A DNA stretch of 64,000 nucleotides from an uncultured Butyricicoccus sp. (GTDB lineage Bacteria; Bacillota; Clostridia; Oscillospirales; Butyricicoccaceae), in the NCBI GenBank assembly GCA_934532985.1, contig CAKTAV010000001.1, positions 230,182 to 294,181 on the forward strand, in the 5' to 3' direction. Both the position numbers and the translations under genes were made by a program. The notes beneath the pieces were generated by a model. That model did no database searches. It saw nothing but the letters and a program-made list of their open reading frames with translations, and was not told where the DNA came from. Numbering within the stretch: position 1 is the first letter of the stretch; each line of letters starts with the position of its first letter. Shown here piece after piece: positions 8,997-19,071 of the stretch.

Positions 8997-10106
8997 ATGT
9001 TACTGAAAAATGGTATGATCTTTCAGCCGGACGGCACCTTTGCCCCCGGCGACATGGAATTTGGCGAAACCATCACGCAGGTGGGATGGATTGACAGACA
9101 GGCGGACATCAACGCCACGGATAAGTATGTCATTCCGGGTCTGCTGGACATCCACACCCACGGCGCGTTGCAGGAGGACGCGAGCGACGGCAGCATCGAG
9201 GGACTGGAAAAGATGTCCCGCTACTATGCCAAGAACGGCGTGACCTCGTGGTGCCCGACGACGATGACGCTCAAGGAAGAGACGCTGATTCCGGCGATGC
9301 ACGCCATCCGCGACTTCCGGACCAAGGGCGCGCGCTGCCTCGGCATTCATCTGGAGGGTCCGTTCCTGTGCTACGACAAGCGCGGCGCACAGGCGGCAGA
9401 AAATCTGCACGCACCGGATGCGTCCATGTTCCACCGTCTGAACGAGGCATCCGGCAACCAGATTCGTCTGGTTACGGTTGCGTGTGAGGAGCCGGGCGCA
9501 ATGGAGTTCATCGACGAGATCTCGCAAATCTGCACGGTATCGCTCGGTCACACGATTGCGGACTATGACACCGCAATGGAGGCATATCGCCGCGGTGCAT
9601 CTCATGCGACCCACCTGTTCAACGGCATGAATCCGCTGCACCACCGCAAGCCGGGCGTGATCGGCGCGGCATATGACGCCGGTGCAACCGTCGAGCTGAT
9701 CTGCGACGGACTGCATATTCACCCGTCGGTCATCCGCATGATGTTCCAGCTGTATGGCGACAAGCTGACGCTCATCAGCGATTCGCTGCGCTGCGCCGGT
9801 ATGCCGGACGGTCAGTATGAACTGGGCGGTCAGCCGATTATTATGAAGAACGGGAAAGCAACGCTGATGGATGAAACCACACTGGCCGGCTCGTCGATCA
9901 GCGTGCTCAAGGCGGTACAGAATGTCGTTTCATTCGGCATTCCGCTGGAAAAAGCGGTTGCGGCGGCGACAATTGTTCCGGCGCGTGCGATTCGCGTGGA
10001 CGACAAGGTCGGTTCGCTCGAGCCGGGCAAGCTGGCAGACTTCTTGATTCTGGACAACGATCTGAATCTGGAAGCGGTCTATATCGGCGGAAAAAAATAC
10101 GAATAA
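8997..10106 (+). CDS. nagA: N-acetylglucosamine-6-phosphate deacetylase
   Basis: IPGLLDIHTHG, HLEGPF, GHT.A, ATHLFNGM motifs. AAGGAG RBS. Confidence 0.9.
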   Translation: MLLKNGMIFQPDGTFAPGDMEFGETITQVGWIDRQADINATDKYVIPGLLDIHTHGALQEDASDGSIEGLEKMSRYYAKNGVTSWCPTTMTLKEETLIPAMHAIRDFRTKGARCLGIHLEGPFLCYDKRGAQAAENLHAPDASMFHRLNEASGNQIRLVTVACEEPGAMEFIDEISQICTVSLGHTIADYDTAMEAYRRGASHATHLFNGMNPLHHRKPGVIGAAYDAGATVELICDGLHIHPSVIRMMFQLYGDKLTLISDSLRCAGMPDGQYELGGQPIIMKNGKATLMDETTLAGSSISVLKAVQNVVSFGIPLEKAVAAATIVPARAIRVDDKVGSLEPGKLADFLILDNDLNLEAVYIGGKKYE

Positions 10107-10126
10107 ATTTAATGATTGCAAGCAGA

Positions 10127-10163
10127 AAGATCTGTTCTCCGAAAGAGGACAGATCTTTTTTTC
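10127..10163 (+). terminator. Intrinsic terminator after nagA
   Basis: 13-bp stem AAGATCTGTTCTC/GAGGACAGATCTT followed by TTTTT. Confidence 0.85.
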
Positions 10164-10203
10164 CCGGATATCGTGACTACGAATGCGGTAAGGAGGTAAT
10201 CGC

Positions 10204-10977
10204 ATGCATGTAACTCCATTGACATTTTTGGTTGTCTGTCCCCTTGTATTTCTCTCCGGTATTGTGGACGCGATCGCGGGCGGCGGTGCGCTGATTTCCA
10301 TTCCAGCGTATCTGTTTGCCGGACTGCCGATGCACTCCGTGATCGGAACCAACAAACTCAGCGCGAGTATGGGTTCCATTTTAGCGGCCTATCGCTATTG
10401 GAAAAATGGCTTTGTTCACTGGGCGATTGCCGCGCCATGCGCCGTCCTCGCACTGATCGGCTCGGCAGTCGGCGCCAATATCAGCCTGCTGCTGAATACA
10501 CGCATTTTGAAAATTATTTTGCTTGTTCTCCTTCCGCTTATCACGTGGTATGTTCTGCACAAAAAGGAGATAGACTATCACGGAGAGCCGCGCTCCCCGC
10601 GCGTGACACTGGCACTCAGCTTGCTTCTGGCGCTGAGCATCGGTGTATATGACGGCATGTACGGCCCGGGTACCGGCACCTTCCTGATGCTTCTGCTGAC
10701 CGGTTTGGTACATACCTCGCTGAACGAAGCGGCGGGTACAACCAAGATCATTGCCTTGACCACCAATATCACTTCTCTCGTTGTCTTTCTGCGCGGCGGC
10801 GTGGTACTGCTGGCATTGGGCCTGGCAGCCGGAGTATTCAGCATTGCCGGAAACTATATCGGCACATGGCTGTTTACGCGGCGCGGCGCCTCGTTTGTCC
10901 GCCCAATTATTCTCGTGGTATTGATACTGTTTGTACTGCGGCTGTGCGGTGAACTGTTTTTTGGTATGTTTGGATGA
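10204..10977 (+). CDS. TauE/SafE-family (DUF81) anion exporter
   Basis: 257 aa with about 8 TM. GGGALISIPAYLF and GPGTGTFLM repeats are typical of the family. AAGGAGG RBS. Confidence 0.8.
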   Translation: MHVTPLTFLVVCPLVFLSGIVDAIAGGGALISIPAYLFAGLPMHSVIGTNKLSASMGSILAAYRYWKNGFVHWAIAAPCAVLALIGSAVGANISLLLNTRILKIILLVLLPLITWYVLHKKEIDYHGEPRSPRVTLALSLLLALSIGVYDGMYGPGTGTFLMLLLTGLVHTSLNEAAGTTKIIALTTNITSLVVFLRGGVVLLALGLAAGVFSIAGNYIGTWLFTRRGASFVRPIILVVLILFVLRLCGELFFGMFG

Positions 10978-11075
10978 TATAAACAGTGTCTTTTTGCAGA
11001 AATGCGATTGTATTTTGGGGGATTTGAGTGTAGGCGGAGCGATTATACGCTTACAGTTTGATCTGTGCTTGACGT

Positions 11076-11138
11076 CAGCGGACAACCCCTCTGCCACGGC
11101 AAGCCGTGGCATCTCCCCTTGCACAGGGGCGATATTGG
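11076..11138 (+). repeat. Intergenic repeat, F-module copy 1
   Basis: CAGCGGACAACCCCT-CTGCCACGGC-aa-GCCGTGGCAT-CTCCCCTTGCACAGGGGCGATATTGG; the second copy is at 19072... Confidence 0.85.
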
Positions 11139-11156
11139 AGAGAACGATTTACCGGT

Positions 11157-11294
11157 CTGTTCTTAGAGCAAATCTCTCGTTTTTCAAATTCCAAACCAGT
11201 GAAACGTTTGAAATTTGAGGAGCAAGGCAATGGAACGGTCTCGCCGTGTTGATGCTTCAACGCGGCGAGTGAGTGGAATTCGCCGAAGCGACGC
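11157..11294 (+). repeat. Two-hairpin core element, copy 3
   Basis: H1 CAAATTCCAAAC-cagtgaaac-GTTTGAAATTTG. Linker AGGAGCAAG. H2 CGCCGTGTTGA-tgc-TCAACGCGGCG. Tail GTGGAATTCGCCGAAGCGAC. Confidence 0.85.
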
Positions 11295-11377
11295 GATAGC
11301 GATAGTTGCGAAACCCTCCGCTATTTGGTATGATAAGAGGGGTTCGTTACACACAATGACCTTTGGGAGGAATAACA

Positions 11378-13150
11378 ATGAGAGTATATCATTTTGGCTC
11401 CGGCGGGGGAAATCCGTTTGAGGAGATTTTTCGCGGAATGGGCGGACAGCAGCAAAGCAGCGATCCGAACCAGAGCCAGAAGCATAATCCGCCGCCGCAT
11501 CGTGCGCGTCCGAAAACAAGTAAAAAGGGAAAAATCGCCCGTGTGATTGTGTTCTTGATTGCGCTGGCTGTGGGATATTATCTCATTCTGCCGCCGATGA
11601 ATATTCAGTCGACGGAGAGCTGGAGCTTTGTGGCGATATATCTGGCGCTGGCATGGTTTCTGGCGTCTACCGTGTCGAATGGAGAGACCAATAACGTTTA
11701 TGGAACGGATGGAAAGCCGATTCAGCCGCCAAAGAAGAAATTCGGCCTGCGCCGAATCATTGGCATGATATTTGGTGTGGGTATTGTTGTATATGTGCTG
11801 TGCACGGTGCTGTCCAGCCCACTGTTTCAGGCGAAGCACTATGCATCCATCATTCAGGAATCCATGACGACAAAAGAAATTGAGGAGTATACCCCGACGA
11901 TTGACAATGTGCCGCTGCTGGACCGCGACAGTGCCGAGCGTTTGGCACAGCGTGCGCTGGGCAATTTGGTCGATGAAGTGTCGCAGTTTGTGCTGGCAGA
12001 CAGCAACCAGATCACGGTAAAGGGTGCGCCAGTGCGCGTGCAGCCGCTGGGATATGATGGTGCGATTAAGTGGTTCCTCAACCGTGATGTCGGTATTCCT
12101 GCGTATATTACGGTGGATATGAAGAGCCAGAACACCAAAATTGTGCGTCTGGAACAAGGCATTCACTATTCGCCGAGTGCGTATCTGAATGACCGTCTGG
12201 AACGGCATCTGCGGTTTTCCTATCCGACGGCGATGTTCGGCGACTATAAGTTTGAATTGGATGAGGATGGCAATCCGTATTGGGTTGTTCCGGTGCTGCG
12301 CCATCGCATTATGCTGCTGGCGGGTACGGATGTCAAGGGTGTTGTCACCTGTAATCCGGTAACCGGAGAGACAGCGTATTATCCACTGGGACAGATTCCG
12401 GATTGGATTGACAATGTGTATAGCGCGGATTTGATTATCCAGCAGTATAACTGGTATGGACGCTATCATAATGGCTTTATCAATTCGCTGATCGGCCAGA
12501 AGGGCTGTGTCAAGACGACAGAAGGATATAACTATATCCCGAAGGGCAATGATGTATACTGCTACACGGGCGTCACCAGTGTAGTCAGTGATGAAAGCAA
12601 CATTGGCTTTATCTTCTCGGATTTGCGCACGCGCGAGACGGAATATTATGAAATTGCCGGTGCTGAGGAGTTCTCTGCGATGAGCAGTGCCGAAGGCTTG
12701 GTACAAAACCTGAAATATCAGGCGACGTTCCCGCTCCTGCTGAATATTCACGATCAGCCGACGTATACCGTTGCACTCAAGGATGACGCCGGATTGGTTA
12801 AAATGTACGGCATGGTCAATATGTCGCAGTATCAGGACGTTGTGACCGGCAAGACCATCAAGGACTGTCTTGCCAACTATGAGCAGCTACTGGTGGACGA
12901 CGGCATTATCAAGCCGGAGGAGCAGGAGGCCGCAGCAGCACAGGAAATCGAGGGCAAGATCATCGATCTTCGCTCGGCAGTGCGCAACGGCACGACATAC
13001 TATTACCTGCGGCTGGATAACGGCGAGAAATACTATTCTCTGAGCGCGTCGGACGACGAGACGGCGGTATTGCTCAATGAGGGCGACACGGTGCAGCTGG
13101 TCGTCAAGGACGGTAAGGGAGAAATTTTGGCAGCAACGCTGAAGGAGTAA
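11378..13150 (+). CDS. Membrane-anchored protein of unknown function (3 TM plus an extracytoplasmic domain of about 430 aa)
   Basis: GGGAGG lies 8 nt before ATG 11378. Gly/Pro/Gln-rich N-terminus followed by hydrophobic segments. I do not recognise a family. Confidence 0.6.
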   Translation: MRVYHFGSGGGNPFEEIFRGMGGQQQSSDPNQSQKHNPPPHRARPKTSKKGKIARVIVFLIALAVGYYLILPPMNIQSTESWSFVAIYLALAWFLASTVSNGETNNVYGTDGKPIQPPKKKFGLRRIIGMIFGVGIVVYVLCTVLSSPLFQAKHYASIIQESMTTKEIEEYTPTIDNVPLLDRDSAERLAQRALGNLVDEVSQFVLADSNQITVKGAPVRVQPLGYDGAIKWFLNRDVGIPAYITVDMKSQNTKIVRLEQGIHYSPSAYLNDRLERHLRFSYPTAMFGDYKFELDEDGNPYWVVPVLRHRIMLLAGTDVKGVVTCNPVTGETAYYPLGQIPDWIDNVYSADLIIQQYNWYGRYHNGFINSLIGQKGCVKTTEGYNYIPKGNDVYCYTGVTSVVSDESNIGFIFSDLRTRETEYYEIAGAEEFSAMSSAEGLVQNLKYQATFPLLLNIHDQPTYTVALKDDAGLVKMYGMVNMSQYQDVVTGKTIKDCLANYEQLLVDDGIIKPEEQEAAAAQEIEGKIIDLRSAVRNGTTYYYLRLDNGEKYYSLSASDDETAVLLNEGDTVQLVVKDGKGEILAATLKE

Positions 13151-13221
13151 AAAAAATGGCATCAAAAAATGGCTGCTGTACAAGCAATGCTTGTACAGCA
13201 GCCGTTTTTGATGCCATTTTT
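13151..13221. terminator. Long bidirectional terminator hairpin between convergent genes
   Basis: Nested perfect inverted repeat AAAAATGGCATCAAAAA..GGCTGCTGTACAAGC-aat-GCTTGTACAGCAGCC..TTTTTGATGCCATTTTT. Confidence 0.85.
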
Positions 13222-13267
13222 CAATGAGGTATTCCAGTGATTTGGGATAGACAGTATTATTTTTCAG

Positions 13268-13402
13268 CTCTATTTGCTTGTTCGATTTACTGTAGTTGTT
13301 GGCAAGAAAAGTCCATTTTCTTTTGCTGCCAAAAGCAAGTGTACAAAAAGAAAACCAGTCAGGAGCCACGGAACGGAATGAACAAGTCTGCTTCGGCGAA
13401 CC
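13268..13402 (+). repeat. Intergenic repeat, A-module copy 3 plus the tail of the D-module
   Basis: CTCTATTTGCTTG...ATTTTCTTTTGCTGCCAAAAGCAAG...GAAAACCAGTCAGGAGC, then AACAAGTCTGCTTCGGCGAAC, which matches the end of 4281..4455. Confidence 0.8.
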
Positions 13403-13421
13403 GGCGAGATCGATGCGACGA

Positions 13422-14753
13422 TTATAGATATCCATATTTCTTCCGCTTTGCCCACAGCAGCGCCGCCGCAACAATAACCGCGAAGATATCCGCCACGACA
13501 ACCGCACCCCAGATTCCGTTGATGCCAAACAGCAGCGGCAGCAGCATAACCATGATAACCTCAAACACCAGTGTGCGCAGGAACGAGATCACCGCAGAGA
13601 GCAGGCCGTTATTCAGTGCCGTAAAGAAGTTGGACGCATAAATCGCAAAGCCGACAAACAGATAGGACAGCGAATAAATCTGAATGGCGTGCTCGGTAAG
13701 CGCCATGAGGTTCGCATCATAGCTGACGAAAATTCCGGCCAATACACCGGAAAGCACATGCGCCAGAACCGCCATCGAGATGCCGGCGACGCTGATAATC
13801 AGCACACTCTTTCTCAGCAGATTTTTCAGTTCGTCCGGATGCATAGCACCATAGTGAAAACCGACAATCGGTGCGGTACCAATGGAATAGCCAAGGAAGG
13901 ACGAGACAAAGACGAACGACAGATACATGATAATGCCGTAGGCGATAACGCCATCCGCACCAATCATTCGCATCAGCTGGAAATTATATAGGATATTGAC
14001 CAGCGACATCGAAATACTGGAAAGCATTTCCGATGACCCGTTGGTGCATGCCTTGAGAATCGGCTGAAATTGCAGTTTCGTCCTGCGCAGCTTGAGATTC
14101 GAACGCTTGCTGAACGCAAAATAAAGCAGCGGAATCAAGCCTCCTGCAAATTCACTGAGCGCAGTGGCAGCCGCTGCACCGAACAGCCCGAGCTTACATA
14201 CATAGATCAGGACAAAGTCGCCGACCATGTTGCAGACACCGGCAGAGAGCGAGACAGCAAGTCCCATTTTCGGCTTACCCTCAACCACCATAAAGCTCTG
14301 AAAGGCGTTTTGCAGCATGAAGGCCGTTAGACTCACCAGCAGGACGCGGCCATACAGCACACAGCCCTCCAAAATTTCGCCCTCTGCGCCCAACAAACGG
14401 GCAATCGGGCGGATAAAAATAAAACCGAGTACAGCAATCGCAATGCCCATGCCGATGGTAAAGAAAATCAGCATGGAAAAATAGGAATTGGCGCGATCCG
14501 GCTTTCCCTGTCCCAACGTCTTAGAAACCAGCGCACTGCCACCCGTGCCGATCATAAAGCCCAGAGAACCAAAAATCATCAGCACCGGATAGATCAGGTT
14601 CAAGGCAGCAAACGCCGTGCTGCCAACCAGATTGGATACAAACAGCCCATCTACAACGCCGTAGATGGATGTGACAATCATCATACAGATTGACGGCAGC
14701 GCAAACCGCAGCAGCTTGGAAAAAGTAAAATGATCGGATAATTGAATGTGCAT
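13422..14753 (-). CDS. MATE-family efflux transporter
   Basis: 12-TM profile. N-terminus F.KLLRFALPSICMMIVTSIYGVVDGLFVSNLVG is typical of MATE. AAGGGGGA RBS before ATG 14753. The upstream in-frame extension to 14882 was judged non-coding. Confidence 0.85.
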   Translation of the reverse strand: MHIQLSDHFTFSKLLRFALPSICMMIVTSIYGVVDGLFVSNLVGSTAFAALNLIYPVLMIFGSLGFMIGTGGSALVSKTLGQGKPDRANSYFSMLIFFTIGMGIAIAVLGFIFIRPIARLLGAEGEILEGCVLYGRVLLVSLTAFMLQNAFQSFMVVEGKPKMGLAVSLSAGVCNMVGDFVLIYVCKLGLFGAAAATALSEFAGGLIPLLYFAFSKRSNLKLRRTKLQFQPILKACTNGSSEMLSSISMSLVNILYNFQLMRMIGADGVIAYGIIMYLSFVFVSSFLGYSIGTAPIVGFHYGAMHPDELKNLLRKSVLIISVAGISMAVLAHVLSGVLAGIFVSYDANLMALTEHAIQIYSLSYLFVGFAIYASNFFTALNNGLLSAVISFLRTLVFEVIMVMLLPLLFGINGIWGAVVVADIFAVIVAAALLWAKRKKYGYL

Positions 14754-14782
14754 ACGAGAATATTCCCCCTTTGTTTTATTTG

Positions 14783-14826
14783 ATAAAAAAGAGAGCCCGA
14801 TTATTTCGCAATAATCGAGCCCACTC
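14783..14826 (-). promoter_or_regulatory. Terminator-like hairpin plus U-run inside the MATE 5' leader (candidate attenuator or riboswitch expression platform)
   Basis: Minus strand: GGGCTCGATTATT-gcga-AATAATCGGGCTC (13 bp, 2 G-U pairs) followed by TCTTTTTTA, about 30 nt before the MATE RBS. Confidence 0.5.
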
Positions 14827-14896
14827 GACATCTTCTCTAACGGGATGATTGGGATCATCCGTCCTCCGATGAACGAATTCAATTGTTCTATTCGTA

Positions 14897-14925
14897 AGTA
14901 TATCGGGTTATATGCAAAAAGTCAA
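14897..14925 (-). promoter_or_regulatory. Candidate sigma-A promoter for the MATE leader
   Basis: Minus strand TTGACT-17 nt-TATACT, 5 nt after the upstream stop codon. Confidence 0.5.
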
Positions 14926-14929
14926 CCTA

Positions 14930-15355
14930 CTACTTGTTGATTAAAATCAAGCCGACTGCACAGATCACAACGCCCAAAACCTGCCGCAGAGAAATCGATT
15001 CCTTGTACAGCAGCAGACCGACAACCAACAGAACACTGGCAAGCAAAATGTTTGCAATAACCGAAGCAACGCTAATTTTCCAGCCAATCCGATAGGCATT
15101 GATATAGCCAAACTCCAGCGCGACAATCGACAGTCCGAGTACAATGGAGGACCAATTGGTCTTGGCAATCTCGGCAATCAAATTTTTTTGCGATGCCGTG
15201 GCAAAAAACAGCACAGCGGCGACAATAGCGGCAACGCCATAGGTGACAAACAGCGACGCAAAGGAATTCACTGAGGACGGCGTGGATTTGGAGCTGATGT
15301 GATACAGACAGTTTGCCGCCACGACAATGAAAATCGGCCACAGGTTATTGAGCAT
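14930..15355 (-). CDS. Small EamA/DMT-superfamily membrane protein (single EamA domain)
   Basis: 141 aa with about 5 TM. GGAGGG lies 7 nt before ATG 15355. Confidence 0.65.
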   Translation of the reverse strand: MLNNLWPIFIVVAANCLYHISSKSTPSSVNSFASLFVTYGVAAIVAAVLFFATASQKNLIAEIAKTNWSSIVLGLSIVALEFGYINAYRIGWKISVASVIANILLASVLLVVGLLLYKESISLRQVLGVVICAVGLILINK

Positions 15356-15470
15356 AGGGTTTCCCTCCAAAGCAAAAAAATACGCACACAAAGTGACCTT
15401 TGTGTGCGGCAGGTGTCCATCCGACTGTTGTTATTATACGCATTTTCAGAAAAAAATGCAATGGATTTGA

Positions 15471-15504
15471 TAAAAAATCAGGGCTGACATTGCAGTCAGC
15501 CCTG
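15471..15504 (-). terminator. Intrinsic terminator after the cytidylate-kinase-like gene
   Basis: CAGGGCTGAC/GTCAGCCCTG stem followed by a T-run on the minus strand. Confidence 0.8.
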
Positions 15505-15514
15505 AGATAGATTT

Positions 15515-16156
15515 TTATTCCTCATCGCCCGGAATCTTCGTGGTTTCCGTGCCCAGCGCTTGCACCGTCTCGATATACTCGATGATGGCGTCAACGCACT
15601 TCTCTACCGGAAGCCGTCCGGTATTCAGGCAGAGGTCATAGTTCTGTGCCTCACCCCAGCGTCTGCCGGAGTAATAGTTGTAGAACGATGCACGCTGCTT
15701 ATCCATGCGCTCAACGGCATCCTTCGTAACCTTTTTCACCGCCGGATCGGTGGCGGCGTGCTCCATGCGCTTTTCAATCGGTGCGGAGATAAAGACATTG
15801 TATACCTCCGGCCAATCGCGCAGAACATGGCTGGCAGCGCGGCCAATGATGACACAGGAGCCATCCGACGCGAGCTTGCGAATCACGTCGCGCTGTACGA
15901 CATACAGCTGATCCGAAAGGGACAGTCCGTTCATGCCCACGGAGCCAAACGTCGCCAGCGAATACAGCAGACTGCTAGTCGAACGCTTGTCGAGCGAGTC
16001 AAAGAGCTTTTCACTAAATCCGCTCTCCTTGGAAGCCATAGCGATAATGCTGCGGTCATAAAACGGAATACCGAGACGGTTGGCGAGTTCTACGCCGATC
16101 TCATGTCCTTGGCTACCGTACTGACGGCTGATGGTAATAATCGTATTTGGCAGCAT
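15515..16156 (-). CDS. Cytidylate kinase-like family protein
   Basis: ITISRQYGSQGHEIGVELANRLGIPFYDR is the signature of the CMP-kinase-like family. GGAGGG RBS before ATG 16156. Confidence 0.75.
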   Translation of the reverse strand: MLPNTIITISRQYGSQGHEIGVELANRLGIPFYDRSIIAMASKESGFSEKLFDSLDKRSTSSLLYSLATFGSVGMNGLSLSDQLYVVQRDVIRKLASDGSCVIIGRAASHVLRDWPEVYNVFISAPIEKRMEHAATDPAVKKVTKDAVERMDKQRASFYNYYSGRRWGEAQNYDLCLNTGRLPVEKCVDAIIEYIETVQALGTETTKIPGDEE

Positions 16157-16302
16157 AAACGATCCCTCCTCTTGGATGCTCATACGGAGCTTTTATCGTT
16201 ACAAAAAGTATACCGCAAAATGCGTCAAAAGTCAAGCAAAACAGTGGTTTTGAATGGGAAGAGAGGAAAATATTACAAGGCACAGCGAAGAGAATAATCG
16301 GA

Positions 16303-16337
16303 CAAAAAGAAGGGGCCGCGGCACATGCCGCAGCCCC
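16303..16337 (-). terminator. Intrinsic terminator after the pyrophosphatase gene
   Basis: GGGGCTGCGGCATGTGCCGCGGCCCC followed by TTCTTTTT on the minus strand. Confidence 0.85.
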
Positions 16338-16363
16338 AAAAATCAATGGATATCCGAGTGAAA

Positions 16364-18460
16364 TTACAGCAGACCGATCAGATTGAATGCAACCACGAGT
16401 CCAGAGAATACGATGGAAACGGTGGAGCACAGCTTGATCAGAATGTTCAGGGACGGACCGGAGGTGTCCTTGAACGGGTCGCCTACGGTGTCGCCGACAA
16501 CCGCTGCCTTGTGGCAGTCGCTGCCCTTGCCGCCGTGATGACCGGCCTCAATATACTTTTTGGCGTTGTCCCAAGCGCCGCCGGCGTTGGACATAAAGAC
16601 TGCCATCGCGAAACCGCAAACGGATACACCGCCCAGCAGGCCAACAACACCGCACGGTCCGAGAATCAGACCGGTGACGATCGGAACAATGATTGCCAGC
16701 AGTGCCGGAGCAACCATTTCGTGCAGCGCACCCTTCGTGCACAGTGCAACACAGCTTGCGTAATCCGGATCTGCCTTGTAATCCATAATACCGGCAATTT
16801 CCTTGAACTGACGGCGAACTTCTACAACGATGGACTGTGCCGCCGTCTGAACCGCGCTCATCGTGAAGGCAGAGAATACCATCGTCAGCATTGCGCCGAT
16901 GAACAGACCAACCAAAATGGTCGGGTTAGACAGGCTCAAATCCATCGTGCCCTTGCCGGCCGCAACCAGCTTATCATTTGCAATGTTGATGTAGGATACC
17001 AGCAGTGCCAGCGCGGTCAGCGAAGCGGAGCCGATTGCAAAGCCCTTGCCGGTTGCTGCGGTCGTATTGCCCAGGGAGTCCAGCGCGTCAGTGCGCTCAC
17101 GAACCTCTTCCGGCAGACCGGACATTTCAGCGATACCGCCGGCATTGTCCGCTACCGGGCCATAGGCGTCGGTTGCCAGCGTGATGCCGAGGGTGGACAG
17201 CATACCTACGGCAGAGATACCAATGCCGTACAGACCCATGGCGTAATCCGCATGACCGCCCGCTGCATAGAAGGAGATGATAACCGCAACAGCAACGATC
17301 AGAATTGGCGCCATCGTGGACTTCATGCCGAGAGAGATACCACCGATGATGATGGTAGCCGAGCCGGTCTCGGAAGCGTCAGCCAGCTTCTGGGTCGGCT
17401 TGTAGGTGTCCGAGGTATAGTATTCGGTGAAGTAGCCGATTGCAGAACCGCCTACCAGACCGCAGAGAATCGCGATAAATACGCCCAGCTTGTTGGTGTC
17501 CAGAATCAGGAAGCACAGAACGGCAGCACAGACAGCAGAGAGAACAGCTGCGGTGTAAGTGCCGGTGCGCAGGCTGGTCAGCAGAGAGGCCTGCGTTGCG
17601 TTTTCCTTGGTCTTGACCAAGAAGGACGAGAAAATGGAGCACACGATGCCACATACTGCCAGAAGTACCGGAAGAACCATACCCTTGAAGCCGTAGCCGG
17701 CGGCAGCGCCCAGTGCGAATGTAGCAAGGATGGATCCGACATAGGACTCGTACAGGTCAGCGCCCATACCGGCAACGTCACCAACGTTGTCGCCTACGTT
17801 GTCGGCGATGGTGGCCGGGTTACGCGGGTCATCCTCCGGGATGCCTGCCTCAACCTTACCTACCAGGTCAGCGCCTACGTCAGCAGCCTTGGTATAAATA
17901 CCACCGCCAACACGCGCAAACAGAGCCATAAAGGAAGCGCCCATGCCGTTCATGACCATAATGTTGCCCAGAACGGACGGATCGGTCTTGCCAAAGACAA
18001 AGTACAGCAGGGAGAACCAGATCGTGATGTCGAGCAGACCCAGACCAACGACGGTGAAGCCCATAACGGAACCGGAAGAGAAAGCAACGCGCAGACCCTT
18101 GTTCAGGCTCTCCGACGCTGCATGTGCGGTACGGGCGTTGGCATTGGTTGCAATCTTCATACCCATCAGACCCGCAATCATCGACCAGATGCCGCCGGTC
18201 AGGAACGCGAACGGGGTAAAGATGCTCAGCATACCGCCAAAGGCGAGTATGAGAAGGATGATGAACACAACGACGAATACCTTTGCCACCGTCGTGTACT
18301 GATGCTTCAGATACGCGTTAGCACCTTCACGGATGGAGGCCGCGATCTTCTGCATTTTGTCTGTTCCCTCGGAATACTGCATAACCTTTCCGCGCTGATA
18401 CAGTGCGAAAATCAGGGCGATGGCAGCGCCGACGAAACCGACTAACATTAAGTTTGCCAA
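16364..18460 (-). CDS. hppA: Membrane-bound ion-translocating pyrophosphatase
   Basis: About 700 aa and polytopic. Motifs [40 protein letters not shown]. The start is probably TTG 18460 (AAGGAG 8 nt upstream) or ATG 18448. Confidence 0.9.
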   Translation of the reverse strand: MANLMLVGFVGAAIALIFALYQRGKVMQYSEGTDKMQKIAASIREGANAYLKHQYTTVAKVFVVVFIILLILAFGGMLSIFTPFAFLTGGIWSMIAGLMGMKIATNANARTAHAASESLNKGLRVAFSSGSVMGFTVVGLGLLDITIWFSLLYFVFGKTDPSVLGNIMVMNGMGASFMALFARVGGGIYTKAADVGADLVGKVEAGIPEDDPRNPATIADNVGDNVGDVAGMGADLYESYVGSILATFALGAAAGYGFKGMVLPVLLAVCGIVCSIFSSFLVKTKENATQASLLTSLRTGTYTAAVLSAVCAAVLCFLILDTNKLGVFIAILCGLVGGSAIGYFTEYYTSDTYKPTQKLADASETGSATIIIGGISLGMKSTMAPILIVAVAVIISFYAAGGHADYAMGLYGIGISAVGMLSTLGITLATDAYGPVADNAGGIAEMSGLPEEVRERTDALDSLGNTTAATGKGFAIGSASLTALALLVSYINIANDKLVAAGKGTMDLSLSNPTILVGLFIGAMLTMVFSAFTMSAVQTAAQSIVVEVRRQFKEIAGIMDYKADPDYASCVALCTKGALHEMVAPALLAIIVPIVTGLILGPCGVVGLLGGVSVCGFAMAVFMSNAGGAWDNAKKYIEAGHHGGKGSDCHKAAVVGDTVGDPFKDTSGPSLNILIKLCSTVSIVFSGLVVAFNLIGLL

Positions 18461-18487
18461 GTTTCTCACTCCTTGTATTTGAGGTCG

Positions 18488-18568
18488 GATTGTTTGCACA
18501 AACGGAGCACCATTTGTACGTTTCTATAAATATAGCATAAACTCGGCAAATTATTTGTGCAAACAATC
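18488..18568. promoter_or_regulatory. Pair of 15-nt inverted sites flanking the putative hppA promoter
   Basis: GATTGTTTGCACAAA at 18488..18502 and its exact reverse complement TTTGTGCAAACAATC at 18554..18568. Each contains GTTTG-nn-CAAAC. Confidence 0.45.
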
Positions 18569-18785
18569 GGATGTTATTAGCCGTAATTATTTAGTATTAC
18601 CGACAGTGGACCAATTGCTGCAAAAAAGTCTCAAAAAATCAAGCGAAAAATTAACGGCAAAATGGTTTCGAAATACAGCATTTAACAAGGAAATATGCAA
18701 GATTTCATAATAAAAGATTGTGTGTATCTTCGGAACATAAAAATAGACAAACCGAGGAAAATCAGTTTGCCAATTCTCTGTCACG

Positions 18786-18925
18786 GTCGCTGCGACACAC
18801 TGCGCTACATCGCCACGCCGAGGCATCGGCATGGCTCAACCGCTCCGTGGTCTTGCTCCTTCGCGTCACAACCGCTACGCTGGGTTGCGTCGCGATATAT
18901 GCTAAGATTTCCTCTGAGAATAGAC
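18786..18925 (-). repeat. Two-hairpin core element, copy 4
   Basis: Minus strand: H1 CGCGACGCAACC-cagcgtagc-GGTTGTGACGCG, linker AAGGAGCAAG, H2 GCCATGCCGA-tgc-TCGGCGTGGC, tail GATGTAGCGCAGTGTGTCGCAGCGAC. Confidence 0.85.
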
Positions 18926-18984
18926 GGGTAAAATTTTCGGTTTTACTCACTATGTGCACGTTAAATACCTTCTGCAAATCTTTT

Positions 18985-19040
18985 GAGTGAGCGAAGCGAA
19001 AGTGGGATGTCAGTTGTTTCCAACAACTGACTGAGGGATT
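18985..19040 (+). repeat. Intergenic repeat, G-module tail
   Basis: GAGCGAAGCGAAAGTGGGATG, hairpin TCAGTTGTT-tccaa-CAACTGA, then CTGAGGGATT; parallels 22745.. and 56035... Confidence 0.75.
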
Positions 19041-19071
19041 GTACGCCTACGTCAAGATTTATGCTAACTTT

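Noticed and set aside
13422-14882. The full 486-aa ORF as the MATE protein.
   Set aside because: The first 43 codons overlap the leader hairpin and U-run and have no good RBS. ATG 14753 has an AAGGGGGA RBS and gives the usual MATE N-terminus.
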